From NCBI RefSeq assembly GCF_004010195.1, contig NC_057756.1:970265-1034264 (forward strand): a stretch of 64,000 nt of DNA, given 5' to 3'. Position 1 is the first letter of the stretch. Each line of letters opens with the position of its first letter. Both the position numbers and the translations under genes were made by a program. The stretch comes from Chiloscyllium plagiosum (taxonomy: Eukaryota). The notes under the pieces were generated by a model that did not search any database, was not told where the DNA came from, and saw only the letters and a list, made by a program, of their open reading frames with translations. Positions 26,614-40,469 of the stretch are shown piece after piece.

Positions 26614-29600
26614 GTAAATGAGGTTAAATGAATTGCTCTAGCCAGAAATAAGGTATGCTGAAGTGGCACAATGTGTTCTTTCTGTGCCTCATTGTCTCCA
26701 GAACTCAGCAACTGTCAGGTTCAAATGAAATTATCGAAATAATGTCAACATACAGGTTTTATTGTTAAATTCGAATTTACAACCTTAAATAAGCTTTAAT
26801 GATACATTTCAATTTATAAATCTGTGGTTGGATGTGAATGGTTTGACAGAACGAGTTACACAGTTGAATGAAGAAAACACGAGTTGACAAATTCATTTTT
26901 TAAAACATTGACATGGATGATGATTACACTGGCAGATAAGCTGAGGGAGAGAGAACAGAAAGAACATTCAAAGGGTAAGAGAGATAATGAAATGCACAAT
27001 GAGAAATAGAAATGGAGGAAAACGGGGGAATGGGTGGTGTGAAAGGAGCAGAGCATAAAGGGAGACAGACAGGGCAAGAGAAGGAAATATAAATAAAGAG
27101 CGTAACTCTTGCAGAAAACAGCAATGATGGATGAAGAAAGAGAAAAGAACCCACTACTGAAATAATAGGGAAGATTAGCTTCTCAAAGCTGTTTCATTGT
27201 CATGATAAAAATGAGACTCTTGGCTGAATAAGCGAGGCATATTGATCAAGGATTCAATGTGAGGTTGCAGCTCACAGTATGGATCAAAACACAAAAAAGC
27301 AGCATGACGACAACCAAAAATTCAAAGTGCTGAATTGTATTTGATAGAACTCTGAGCGAGACCAGTAAAGATTTTAATGAGTGTCCAAGCTCTTTGCATG
27401 AAACACGTTGAAAACGTGCAAAAACACGTAACTAAATAACACGCAATATTTAGACATAAGAAAGTTCTGAGCAATGGTAAATGCTGTTGAAAATATGTTT
27501 TCAAAGGTTGACGGTGCATAAAAAGCCTTGCTCCTACAATAATGATGATGTCGCTTTTATTTTAAAGATTGGTAACTAAGAAGATCAATCACGGCTACTT
27601 TTTTTTCAACAATCCCACTTCAACAACTTATTGACGACACAACATCGACGGCCGAAGAGCCTGTAGTGTGCTGTACTGTTCTACATTCTATGCTATATGC
27701 TGGTTAAGATTAATATAATATGCAACCACACAAACAGTAATACTTACACACATACATACACACGGCTGAAGAAATTTGGTTCTCTGTTTTTATCGTATAA
27801 ATGCCACTGCTACGAAAACAAGGGATTATGTTACAAGACTAATATGAATAATGTTTAAAATTTCTGAAAATTTTAATAGCACTCAATTATACAAAGATGT
27901 TACAACAACTACAGGAGCAATAGAGTAGTTGTCCAATGCCCTGAAGGAAACAAAAAAGCCTGTTACTGCTTGCAGTTGCTGTAAGCATATCTGTTGTCAT
28001 GACAGGCTGCACTCGTCTGAATTAGAATGATAGCCATACAAAACGTTTCTTTCACAGAAAGCGGGGACCAATTCATGCATTGAATTGTTAAATAAATAAT
28101 GGATCACCTGGCCTAATCCCAACCTATAAGATTTGGTCCATATTACAGCAAGTTATATAAATTGAGTTGCGTATCCACACAGTTTCAATAAATGCATCAT
28201 TTGCATTTCTAATGTATTTTCAAGCAGTGAAGTCTAGATCCATTCACCGAGGGAAAATATATTTCCTCATCTGCACAATAAACTGCTCAGCAACTATTCT
28301 GTGCTGCGTAGTCGCTGTTCTCTGCTCAATTATGTGGGACGTACAGAATTTGCATACTGTATGCAGGCTCCTCACATTGTCGGCAGCACAATCAAATCCG
28401 CTCTCCGCCTTTTCTTTGGTCAGGAGAGAAATGTTCTTGTCTTTGAAATATTTAATCACAACTGCAGTTTGGCAGATAGTTCACATCCTTGAATTCTACG
28501 TGAAGTTCGGCACAAAGAGTGCATTACTGCTGCTATAATCCTGCAATCTTTCGCAGAAGGAGGAAAGGATAGCAAGGTGGATGCTGGGTCAACAAATTCA
28601 GTTATGTAACTAAACTCCTGTTGGATCAATTTAACATGAGGGTTCGTCTAGTTTTGCTGCAATCTTGCTTTTCAGTGCGCTCAGATACGTTCGAGCAACT
28701 TTAAGTGCAAGGTGGGGATATTGAACAAAACGTGTCTTACTTCTGAAACATCCAGGCATTTTAGCTCAAATGTTCATATTTCCCTTTTAAATAGAAAGCG
28801 TAATGATTCGTGGTATAGGTGAGTTTGTCAGGCGCAATTGATTCAATTGTTGAAAGGGCTTGGCATATTTCAGAGCTCAGGATCCTCGAAAAATCATGAA
28901 CACCAAATTAGCATTCTGAACTCTCTTCCCTGGGAAGGGATGGCACTAGATTCAGCAAACATTTATAGTACACACGTTTGGCAGCATAGCCACAAATCCC
29001 AATGGGTGCATATCTGCATTAATAAGAGACAGTTATTGATGTATAGCTTCAGAAACAACTTTATCATGGTGTGTCGTGACGAGTCACCAACCTGTTAAGC
29101 TACATCAACTGCATTGGGATTAAACCTGTTTTTGGTTATATTGCGTGGCAAATTCCAAAATCTCGCCAACAAAACTAACTATAAGAACGAGGCAATTCTA
29201 TTCTTCCGTGCAGAAACATGAAACTGATGACCAATTCCATTCACGAATGATCTTTATGCATGGAAGGCCAGACGTGAGTGTTTTACTGGTTGATACCTGG
29301 TACTACACAGTGTGGCCATTTGTTGCTTCACCATTCTTATAATATTTAACAAATTAAATAAGGGTGCGCAGAGGAGGAGAATGGTAACACAGCAAACATC
29401 TAGGACACTTTCTGAGACAACAAGGTGAGGGTGTACCAATCTATGAAGCAGATTTGCCAACAGGCACATGACAAACTTGAGACTTGGTTGCACCAAAAAG
29501 GAATAGAGCACAGAAATGGTAATGAGAAGCATGTGATGCAAATGAAGATGGGGAAAGCAGACATTTGAAGATTCTTCAACTTTGCTAGAAAGGGGAAGGA

Positions 29601-31009
29601 ATTGCCTGCCCTACTGGTAGAAGTATATTGGATTAGTCATTATTTAAAACATTTCAAGACCATTAATGGCAGTTTCAGGAACTGATGATCTAAATTGAGG
29701 CTGAGACAGGCAGTGGCCAGATGTGGAGAACATACTTTTGATGTTGGTGATGATTAGCCATTAAAAGAAGTCCTCCAGGAAAGGACTAACCCAAATATGT
29801 CTCAACAGAGATTAAGACCTTGAGGAAGGGCAATGGTCTCTCCAGTTTGAGCTTTTTAATGGTACCTGAAATACTGTTGGCAAATTAAATTACTGTTTTT
29901 GGAGACCATCGTTGTCTGCAATACAGTTCTTCAACTGATGGATACGTTGAAAACTATCACTACGGAAAAAATGATTTTATCTGAGGGACAATCCAAAGCT
30001 AAGATTCATAAATACAGTTTAGCTAACTGAATCCAAGAACTACAATCAAGAAAGCATCATCTACTGATAAAATATTTAGAACATCGAACCAAACACAGAG
30101 AATGCTACAAAAACCCTACAGGACTGGTAGCATACGCTAGGAGAAAAACAGAACTAATGAATCAAGTCATACACTTCTCTAAACCGGACGTGGAATGATA
30201 ACTCTTTTTCGTCCATCAACGGATGTTGCCAGGAATGTTCCCGTTTTAAAACAAACGGTGCTTGTTTTAAATTTCCCGCGTCCTTGTATTTTGTCTTTGT
30301 TATAATACCAAACATGTCACAACTGGAAGTGAGTGAAGTTTTTTTATTGAATGTTGTCTTTCAAAGGGATTGGAAAAGAGTACATGATAACATGGAACAA
30401 AAATTGTTTTTGAGAATCTGCAGTAGATCAAATAAATGGGGCTGGCCATGTGCCCACAAGCACACCCAGAAACAAACTGTCAAATGATTTGAGTGGAAAG
30501 TGCAAAAATCAGTCTCCACTGGAAATCCAATGTAAACAATGCCTCACTGTTGCTTGCATTTTCGGATGAACATGCACTGTGGTTCGAATTCAGTTGAGAA
30601 CAGTTTGCAAGTCAAGATAGTATTTAGGAACTACTGCAACTGGAACCATATTCCACATTGCCATCAATCGTTTTTAATGGAAATTCAATGAACAATTGAA
30701 ACCACAGGATATTTTACAGCTCTCTTGAAATGTTCTCTGAACTTCACTGAGTCACTCCATAAATAAGGGCACTTGTAAAAGAATACAAACTCAGCAACAT
30801 GCATCCAGTTATCTTGAAACATGCAAAGAATTGTTGTGATATTGACAATATGTTATTGTAATTCAAATATAAGAAATTGGTAAGATAGTTTGATCACAGA
30901 TGATAAATGGGAGTAAAACAATGGACTTTCTTCTGTTCTCCATCTTAGGGCCACTATGATTCTCTTTCTTGTTCTGACGTCTTAATTCCTTACAGATGCG
31001 ACTTGCCAT

Positions 31010-31467
31010 GAAAATAGAATGTAGAACATCACAGCACATCGAGGCCCTTCAGCCGTCAATTGTTTTTAATGTTGCCGCCAACATGCAAAGGCCTCAAACT
31101 TACACTATTCCATTATCATCCATATGTTTATCCAATGCACATTTAAATGCCCGTAAAGTTGGCGAGTCTACTACTGTTGCATGCAGGGTGTGCCACACCT
31201 TTATTACTCTCTGAATAAAGAAATTACCTCTGACCTCTATCATATATCTATCACCCCCTCAATTTAAAGTTATGTCCCCACGTGCTAGCCATCATCATCC
31301 AAGGAAAAAAGGCCCTCGCTGTCCACCCTATCTAACCCTCTGATCATTTTATATGTCTCAATTAAGTCACCTCTCGACCTTCTTCTCACTAAAAGAAAAC
31401 AGCCTAATTTCTCTCAGCCTTTCCTCACAAGATCCTACCTCCATATCATGCAACATCCTGGTAAATC
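31010..31467 (-). mobile_element. CR1 3' fragment abutting an LTR
   Basis: same subfamily tail as 7758-8830 and 34097-34550. Confidence 0.8.
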
Positions 31468-32086
31468 TGTGAAAATTCGGGAGGCCAGGAACTATTTAAA
31501 GCAAAAATTAACAACTTTATTTCTTAAATTATAGCAGAGAATAATTAACTAACAACTACTTACAATTCCTGTCTAACCTATCTTTTACCTTCCCTTTTCT
31601 AATACTAGTCTGATATACTCCGATTACAACTTACAAAACAAAACTTCCCATTTCAAAACCAGCCAACTTTCAGTTTTTTTCTGTATCCCTGTCGTTGCTT
31701 CTTCTTCTTGGGGATTCTGTTTCACAGGTTACTGATAATGGTACCTTTTCAGAGAACTATTTCTCAGGCAGTCTTTACATGCTGGTAGCTTGGCAGTTCA
31801 CCTCCCGTAGGTAAAACTTTCCCTGTTCTTATACCCCACAATTGTGTCATTGGTTTTTAAGATTTTCAATGCACCAAATTAAAACTGGATTGGAATTTGG
31901 TATTTTTCGGGGTATAATTTAAACTGATTGGTCTATTTGAATCTCTTTTGTCAGCTACCCTAGCTACCCTCGTAGCCGGAGCACATGTCACATTGTATAT
32001 TTTTTAAAGAACACTTGGTGCTCTCAGGTTGTTTTTGTGAGCTTTTAACTGTCTTAAAGGCACAGTACACTCACCTCTTCATAACA
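31468..32086 (-). mobile_element. 3' LTR of a Gypsy element (619 bp)
   Basis: TG..CA termini; polypurine tract (minus-strand gaaaggggatg) adjacent at 32087-32097. Confidence 0.8.
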
Positions 32087-34095
32087 CATCCCCTTTCAGA
32101 AAAAAAATGAACCATCATAATTAAAAAGATGGCTTCAGTTTTTGTTCTTTTCTTCTATTTTTAAATACATTACCCTAACACACAGATAAATTTAAATTTA
32201 TATATACATTAAATAAATACATATCTCATCTAAACTCCATCAGTTAAATCCACAATAATGTATCAGTGATTACATTCTTATGACCCGCAACATGTATGAT
32301 TTTTAAATTAAAAGCCTGTAACATAAGACTCCAACAAAACAGTCTCATATTCTTGTCTTTAAAGCGTTCTAAAAATGTAAGCAGATTGTAATCCATGTAC
32401 ACAACCGTCTCCAACACGTTGTTTGTGACATACACATTAAAATGTTGTGAGTTTCCTTTTGAATGTGGAGTATTTCCTCTGGTAGATGTTGATCTTCTTT
32501 GAAAAGTAATCAACTGGCAGTTCAATCCCACCCTCACCTTTTTGGAGGAATACAGCTCCAACTTCAAAGTCAGTGGCATCAATGGCAACTTTAAAAGGTA
32601 TTGAAACGTTTGGTATAACTAAATCTGGTTTGGTGGTTAATATTGATTTTCAATGATCGAATGCATCCTGGCATTGTTACATCCACCAAAACGTTGTGAT
32701 CTTCTTCAGCAAATCGGTTAATGGTGCCACTATGCTGCTGAAGTTTGGAACAAACTTCCAATAGAATGCACTGAGTCCTAAGAACCAAAGTGCCTCTTTC
32801 TTTGAGGTTGGCCATGGAATTTACTCAATGGCCTTTGCCTTTGCGTTCAATGGGGTCAACCTTCCATGACCAATGTTTTGTCGCAAGAACATCATCTCTG
32901 TTTTTGCAAATTCCGTTTTGTTTATCACCAGTTTTGCTTCTCGTAGTCATTCAAAGAGCTCTGCCAACTGTATCATGTGATCTTTCCAGGACTTACTAAA
33001 GATCATTACATCATCCAAATAGATTTCACAGTTTGTTAACCTAGCCGCAACTCTGTTCATGAGACTTTGGAATGTGGCAAGTTCATTCCAAAAGGTATCA
33101 ATTTAAACTGATATAGCACAATTGGGATTACAAAAGCAGAAATGTTTTGGCCATTTCTGATAAAGGTACCTGTCAGTAACCATGCATTAAGTCCAACCAG
33201 GTGATAACTGGCTTGTTTGACTTTCTTGATATAGTCCTCCAATCTAGGAATTAGATATGAGTCCAATTTTGTAACAGCATTGACCTTTTGATTGTCCATA
33301 AAGAATTGTTGTGTCCTGTCCAGTTTGGTAATGAGGATGATCAGCAAACTCCACTTGCTCTGGCTTGGTTCGATGATGTCCTCGTCGAGCATGGCCTCCA
33401 CCTCCATCTGGACCTGTCTGACTTTGAAAGGATTAAGTCGATAAGGGTACTGTTTTATTGGAACAGTATTCCCTACGTCTACTTCATGCACAATAGCATT
33501 AGTCCTCTCCATCTGATCTTTACATATGTCCTTATACTGCAGTAACAAATCTTTCAACTGCATTCTATGCTCCTGAGACAGATACCTTACAAACTTATCC
33601 CATTCCTCAAGGATTTCTTCATTTTTAAAATCTATTTTGAGGCACATCAAAATTCATATCATCTGGATTTGATTCCTTACTCTGTGGAGCAGTAACCTGT
33701 TTCTCCTGTTCTTTCTCTCTGGTATAATACGGTTTCAATATGTTCACATGACATACTTAATACCTTTCTTTTCTATCTCACATCTTTGTTAGATAGTTCA
33801 CCTGACTCAACTTTTTCTCAATTTGATAGCGAGCACTAAACCTGGCTTTGAAGGGATCTCCTATCACTGTTAACAGTACTAATACATCGTCCATTAGGGA
33901 AAACATCTGATTCTCAGAGCTTTTATCTGCCACCTGTTTCATTCTACACTGGGCCCTCTTTTAGGTGCTATTTAGCAAACTCACCTACACTATTTAATCT
34001 CTCCTCAACTCTGATTTAAAATCTAAGTGTGAGATCTCTGACGTTAGTCTTACAAATTTTCTTTAAGTAATTTCAAAGGGTCTCTCACTTCATGG
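32087..34095 (-). mobile_element. Gmr1-like Gypsy internal region: integrase C-terminus, RT, RNase H (disrupted)
   Basis: DPFKARFSARYQIEKKLSQVNY..VCHVNILKPYY upstream of PIKQYPYRL..IIEPSQSKW..YLIPRLED, then RNase H end WSLMLQAFNLKIIHVAGHKNVITD. Confidence 0.85.
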
Positions 34096-34096
34096 C

Positions 34097-35265
34097 ATGG
34101 AACATAGAACATAGAACATTACACTGCAATACAGGTCCTTTGGCCCTCAATGTTGCGCCAACCTGTGAAAATAATCTGATGCGCATCTAATCTGCACCAT
34201 TCCATTATTATCCATATGCACATCCAATGCCCATTTAAATGTAATGTCAACAACTCTCCTCCTATTGCAGGCAGTCCATTCCATGTCCCTATTATTCTCT
34301 GAGTGAAGAAACTACCCCAATATGTATCCTAAATCTATCAACCCTCAATTTAAAGCTATGTCCCCTCATGTTAGCCTTCATCATCCAAGGAAAAAGGCTC
34401 TCACTACCCACCCTACCCAACCCTCCAATTATATTATATGCCTCTATTAAGTCACCTCTCAATCTTCTTCTCTCCAACTAAAACAGCATCAGTTCCCTCA
34501 GCCTTTCATTGTTAGACCTTCATTTCATACCAGGCAACATCGTAGTAAATCTCGTCTGAACCCTTTCCAAAGTTTCCACATCCTTCCAATAATGTGGAGA
34601 CCTGGACTGCATGCAATACTCCAAATGCAGCTGCACCAGTGTCTTGTATGGCTGAAGCATGACCCCTAGGCAGCAAAACACAATCCCCTACCAATAAATG
34701 CCAAAACACCGTATGCTTTCTTAATAACCCAATCAACCTGGGTGTCAACTGTCAGGGATTTATGCATCAGGACACCAAAATCTCACTGTTCATCTGCAAT
34801 GCCAAGAATTTTATCATTAGCCCAGTACTCTCCATTTCTGTTACTTCTTCCAAAATGAATGACCTGAAAGTATTTTGCATTAAACTGCATTTGCCACTTC
34901 TCATCCCAGCTCCGCATCTTATCTGTGTCCCTCTGTAATCCACAACATGTTTTAGCACTATCCACAACTTTGCCTACTTTAGTGTCATCTACAGATTTAC
35001 TAACCCATCCTTCTATGCCCACACACAGATCATTTATAAATAACAACAGCAATGGCCCCAAAACAAATCCTTGCGGAACATCACTAGTGACTGAGTTCCA
35101 GGATGAACATTTCCCATCAAGCACCACCCTCTGTCATCTTTCACCTAGCCAATTTCTGATTCAAACTGCTAAATCACCTTCAATCCAAAAACTTAGTAAT
35201 TTGTGCAATAGCCCACCGTGTGGAACCTTAACAAATGCTTTACTGAAGTCCATATGCACCACGTC
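34097..35265 (-). mobile_element. CR1 3' portion
   Basis: VPQGFVLGPLL, RRLRGDLIEAY; tail at 34097. Confidence 0.9.
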
Positions 35266-35610
35266 AATCATGAAGGACATGGACAGGATAAATGGACAGT
35301 GTCTTTTCCCTGTGGAGGGGGAATCCAGAACTAGCGGGCATAGGTTTCAGGTGAGAGGGGAAAGATATAGAAGAGACCTATATCTTTCACACAGAGGCTG
35401 GTGCATGTATGGAATGGGCTGCCAGAGGAAGTGGTGGAGGCTGGTACAATAATAGCATTTAGAATTACCTGGATAGGTGTATGAATAAGAACTGTTGGGA
35501 GGGATATGGGCCAAGTGCTGGCAAATGGGATGAGATTAGGTTAGGATATCTGGTTGGCATGGATAAGTTGGACTGAAGGGTGTGTATTCATGTTATACAT
35601 CTCTATGACA
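35266..35610 (+). mobile_element. Short CR1 3' end
   Basis: MKDMDRING..GHRF; tail tacatctctatgac. Confidence 0.85.
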
Positions 35611-35661
35611 CTTAATCTTGGATTGGATGCACCAGCATAAACATAACAATTCTAAGGGACA

Positions 35662-36248
35662 GTTTTATTGACCAGACCGAACGTTCTGAAAATATATTAA
35701 GAAGGTCAGCTAGACAGTAACAGTCATTTTTTATTTTAAAGGTAAATGCAAGGTGCTGAATTCCAGATGCAATTTTATTGATCAAACTACTCGATGTTAA
35801 GCAAAACACAATTTATTCATATATTAGTTAGAATGCAACAAAAAATGAATTGGCTCAGCTGTAACTCTATCAAAATGCTTAACAAAATAACTATTATGAA
35901 TTGAATGATCCAAAAAAGTAATATCCCATTAGCATACCCTTGGCACAAGGCAAACTCAGAAAACAAATTCTTTCAAATGTAACTCCAGGAGCACAAGAGA
36001 AAAAAAAAGACTCAAAGAGAGTTCAGCAGAGAGAGGCACGCTACAGCAACAACTACTGAAAAACTAAGAAACTAAGAATCCTGGTTCTGTGAGAGTGTGA
36101 ATACACCTATGCAATTTGTTTTTTAAATGCCAGGGCCTCATAACTTTTTACGAGTTTTCAGTAATCATCTGCGATTTCTGTCTTAAAACTGTTATTGAAA
36201 ACAAAACAGGTCAAAATAACTTCTGAGTACCATAGTATTGTTGCAACA
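35662..36248 (-). mobile_element. Degenerate solo LTR related to 63141-63760
   Basis: shared blocks gaccagacc, tttaaaggta.atg, cccttggca..a.g.aaa.tcaga; ends in CA. Confidence 0.6.
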
Positions 36249-36596
36249 GTGATACGAAGGGGAGTGGGTAATGGGACACTTTGAAAAAGGGGCCATAATG
36301 TGCTCAGAGACATAAGAGGATGACCCACTTTGCAAAAGTACAGGGAAATGAATGTTAGTTTAGTGGCGACAACTTTTTTGTGGCATTAGAAAAGATTTTA
36401 AAAATCCTTTCATGATGGGAGCTACTCCTCTACACATTGTCTTTTCATGTATTGCATCCATTCTTGACTCTGAGCTAAATACTTTGGTTTCAAATCCAGA
36501 ACTTGGTGTTCAGAATCAGAAAAATAAAAGTTGAGAATTAACTTATAAAGACTTCTGATACATTGTGATAATAGTCAGCACGTATGGAAGAACCTT

Positions 36597-37740
36597 TGTG
36601 TTAGTCACATGACGGAAGGATTAGGAAACTCTGTGAAAAAATAAAACCTCCACAGAGGCCGGTATCTCATCTCCAATCACCCTTTATTCACAAGTGGAAA
36701 ATCTTTGAAATTGGTCGAGTTCCTTCTGAGCCAGTGCTCAGGGTGTCAGAATGATTAGATTACTTACAGTGTGGAAACAGGCCCTTCGGCCCAACAAGTC
36801 TACACCGACCTGCCGAAGCGCAACCCACCCAGACACTTTCCCCTACATTTAACCCTTCATTCAACACTATGGGCAATTTAGAATGGCCAATTCACATAAC
36901 CTGCACGTTTTTGGATTGTGGGAGGAAACCGAAGCAGCCGGAGGAAACCCACGCAGACACGGGGAATATGTGCAAACTCCACACAGAGAGTCGCCTGAGG
37001 TGGGAATTGAACCCGGGTCTCTGGCGCTGGGAGGCAGCAGTGCTAACCACTGTGCCACCGTGCCGCCCACATGTATGACCCTCCTCTTTTATTTCTGTCA
37101 GCCAGGGCTCTCGGATTGGACCAGCTTAACAGCCCCAACCAATTATCTCATATCCTATGAGGTCCACCTGTCTGACCTCATTACATCCACTACATCCTTC
37201 CCCCGAGTCCAAAAACAAACACTGGGCCTTTGTTTTGTAGGGCCTGTTTGACGTTTTAGCACCAGGTCAGATACCACCAGCCCTGCATCAAATATGGGTG
37301 ACATATAATGGACAATAGCTCTCCAAATGTGCCTGTAGCACCTCAGGCAAAATATTCACTTCCTTCTTCTGGTGGCATAGACATCAATGCAGCCAGATCC
37401 ACTGTGTCCATCTCAGACTCAGAGATATCTTCAGGTCAGGGAGAGCCCGTAAGTTCTGACAGCTTTTCTGATTTTCTGATCAGCAGGCATGTTTTGCTGC
37501 CTCACTGTTAGTGAGTTAACAGCTTTCAGAATTGCCATTCCTGCCTGAACTTTTAATGTTACTGGTTCTGGTCTTTTATCGACGATTTGTCTTACCCATG
37601 CAAAGTAATTTCCCTGATTCCTAAAGCAAATTTCATTCCATGTCAGAAGCTGTCTCTCTCGTTTGGCTGAGCCTGGCGTCCCCCACTAGCATTTTACCCT
37701 GCTCTCCACCCATCCTCCCCCCAACCCCCCAAAACTTGCT
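36597..37740 (-). mobile_element. Second LTR element remnant (LTR ~36597-37193 hosting a SINE, PPT, decayed internal sequence)
   Basis: TG...cactaca followed by tccttcccccg (minus-strand polypurine tract). Confidence 0.5.
36753..37068 (-). mobile_element. Full-length HE1-like tRNA-derived SINE
   Basis: minus strand GGGCGGCACGGTGGCACAGTGG (A box), GGTTCAATTCC (B box), central tgtgtggagtttgcac, LINE-derived tail. Confidence 0.92.
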
Positions 37741-37804
37741 ACCCTTCAATCCACTGGCAGATTCTCCATATATGTGGGGCATGTATGATTATTATAAGCT
37801 ATTC

Positions 37805-38335
37805 TCATGTTAGCACTACTGCCTCACAGCACCAGGGTCCCAGGTTTGATTCCAGCCTCAGGCGACTGTCAGTGTGGAGTTTGCACATTCTCCCCATGTC
37901 TGCATAGGTTTAGGGTGAGAGGGGAAAGATATAGAAGGGACCTAAGCGGCAACATTTTCACACAGAGGGTAGTGCATGTATGGAATGAGCTGCCAGAGGA
38001 AGTGGTGGAGGCTGGTACAATAATAGCATTTAGAATTACCTGGATGAGTATGAATAAGAACTGTTTAGAGGGATTTGGGCCAAGTGCTGGCAAATGGATG
38101 AGGTTAGGTTAGGATATCTGGTTGGCATGGGCAAGTTGGACTGAAGGGTGTTCCGGTTTCCTCCCACACTCCAAAGATGTTCAGGTCAGGTGAATTGGCC
38201 ATGATAAATTGCCCATAGTGTTAGGTGCATTAGTCAGAAGGAAATGGGTCTGGATGGGTTACTCTGCAGAGGGTCAGTGTGTACTGGTTGAGCCAAAGGG
38301 CCTGTTTCCACACTGTGGGGAATCTAATCTAATCT
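37805..38335 (+). mobile_element. SINE with an inserted CR1-tail segment (37902-38151)
   Basis: SINE head gttagcact..ggtttgattcc and tail aatctaatctaatc. Confidence 0.85.
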
Positions 38336-38584
38336 AAACCCATTCAGGAGTCCTTTTGGTCATCTGATTCTGCAAAATGCATCACACTCACCAAGCATGC
38401 ACACATCAGTATGGCGTGTTATAGGAAAGTTGTTGCTGTACTCCTGCATTTTCTATCCATGACATTCTGGACAATGGATGTTAAAGATTTGTAAGATGTT
38501 GACAAAGGGTCATGCTGAATTGCTGCAGTGGATGTCGTGGATTGATCATTTGAATCAGAAATACTGAGCTTTGAGAAAAGTACG

Positions 38585-39185
38585 TTAGGAGGGGAAATGA
38601 GGAAACTGGTGAAATTCACATTGATACTGTATAGTTGCAGGGTCCAAAAGTGGAAGATGAGGCATTATTCCTCTAGATGTCAGGTGGTTAGGGTTTGGCG
38701 ATGGAGGAGGCCCAGGACCTGTGCGTCCTTGATGAAGTGGGAGGGGGAGTTAAAGTGTTTGACCACGGGACGGTGGGGTTGGTTGGTGCGGGTGTCCCAG
38801 AGCTAGATCAATGTGGATTTCACCAGTTTCCTCATTTCCCCTCCTCCCACTTTATCCCAATCCCAAGCGTCCATCTCATCACCGCACTCATTACCTGCCC
38901 ATCTTCCTTCCCACCTATCTGCTCCACCCTCCTCTCTGATCTATCACCTTCCCCCTCAACCCCCCACCTTCATCTACCTATCTCCTTCTCAGTTACCTTC
39001 CCCCCAACCCAACTCCCCTCTCATTTATTTCTCAGCTCCCCTGGCCCACAACCTCATTCCTGATTAAGGGCTTATGCCCGAAACATCGATTCTCTTGCTC
39101 CTCGGATGCTGCCTGACTTGCTGTGCTATTCCAGCACCACATGTTCGACCGTGATCTCCAGCATCTGCAGTTCTCACTTTCTCCC
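38585..39185. mobile_element. Penelope-like 3' fragment with inverted 5' piece and degenerate hammerhead
   Basis: 38585-38803 and 38804-38840 overlap in opposite orientation; cctgattaagggcttatgcccgaaacatc at 39059. Confidence 0.7.
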
Positions 39186-39269
39186 TGTAGCAATTACTCT
39201 ATATGCAATATTCACAGGGTGGTTACAACTAAACTTGAGTTAGTTAAAAAGAGCAGAAATGGTCACTGA

Positions 39270-39920
39270 GTGCAATACAGTTGGTATGGTGTATGCATGG
39301 ACTTCCAGAAGATGTTCAGTGCAGTGCCAAACTTATGATACTTATCAGAAAATTTATAGTCCATTGAATAAAACAGAGATTAGCAACTTGGTTACAAATT
39401 TGCTGAGGGATAAGAAACAGATGGACCAATGATATTATTGGAACTCCAGAAAGCTTTGCAGTGGAGTTCCTAAGAAGTTGGTATTAAGCCCTTTTTGAAC
39501 CTAATGTATACAAACGATATATAATTTAGCTGGCAAGCAGGGTACAATTTAAAAGATTGTGCATGATATGAAACTTTGAAGCATTGTAAACTGTAAGGAC
39601 GGCAGTGTAGAATTTTAAAAGATCATAGACAATTTGGTGGAGTGGAAAGATAGTTGGCAGATGCAGTTCAATGCAGAGAACTTTGAGATTGTACAGTTGT
39701 TAGAAAAAAGAGTTATAGATTTCTGATAGAGACTTTTCATTTCTGTACTGGTCATAAAGCCCCTTTTTAATTCTAAGTCAATTTTCCAGCAGTTGGCCTG
39801 TACCCTTCCATGTTCTGCCAAGTGCTCACCGAAATACATGATAAATGTTTTAATGTATTCCTGTCTCTATCAACCTTTTATACAGTGAATCCCACATACC
39901 AAATCGTCTCGTTAAAACAG
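39270..39920. mobile_element. Old CR1 fragments
   Basis: WQMQFNAE-like and DFQK-like remnants. Confidence 0.55.
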
Positions 39921-40164
39921 AAGCGCATCTGATGCCACCCTTGAGCATGTGCAGTAGCAACTTAAATGCCGAAGCAATTTTTAATAATGTTATAAAACGT
40001 AAAAATGAAATTAATGAAACATAATATACCTGAACAGAAAAACGAAAGTACTTCTTAAAAATGTATCGGTTTTATATTGCTCATGTGAAGCAGCGTTAAT
40101 GAAAGAAAAAATGGAGATGAGTCCATTCAGTGCAAATTTATCATTACACTATTCATGTCAGGAG

Positions 40165-40390
40165 ATATGGAAGTGCCGTTGTGGGACTGGCGTGGACCAA
40201 GTTAAAAATTACAGTATCATGCAATTGAAACGATTTATTGAACAATTGACACTGTCATATTTTGCTTTACATTTTGTGTCCTATGATCCTGCTCCACAGT
40301 TACCAGATGAAGGAGAAGCTCTCCGAAAGCTACTTCCAAATAAACCTGTTGGAGCATAACCTGGTGTTGTGTGATTTTTAACTGTGTCAG
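40165..40390 (+). mobile_element. Short Penelope-type terminal-repeat element
   Basis: inverted gttaaaaat / atttttaac blocks; hammerhead-like gatgaaggagaagctctccgaaagcta. Confidence 0.55.
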
Positions 40391-40469
40391 GAGATACTTT
40401 AATTCTTTTTTACCTCAATCCCCTAAACATCCTACTCCTGAGCAGAGAACTGCAGTCTCTGGTTTCTGG

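Noticed and set aside
36990..37068. tRNA gene
   Set aside because: A and B boxes belong to a SINE head that continues into SINE body and LINE-derived tail.
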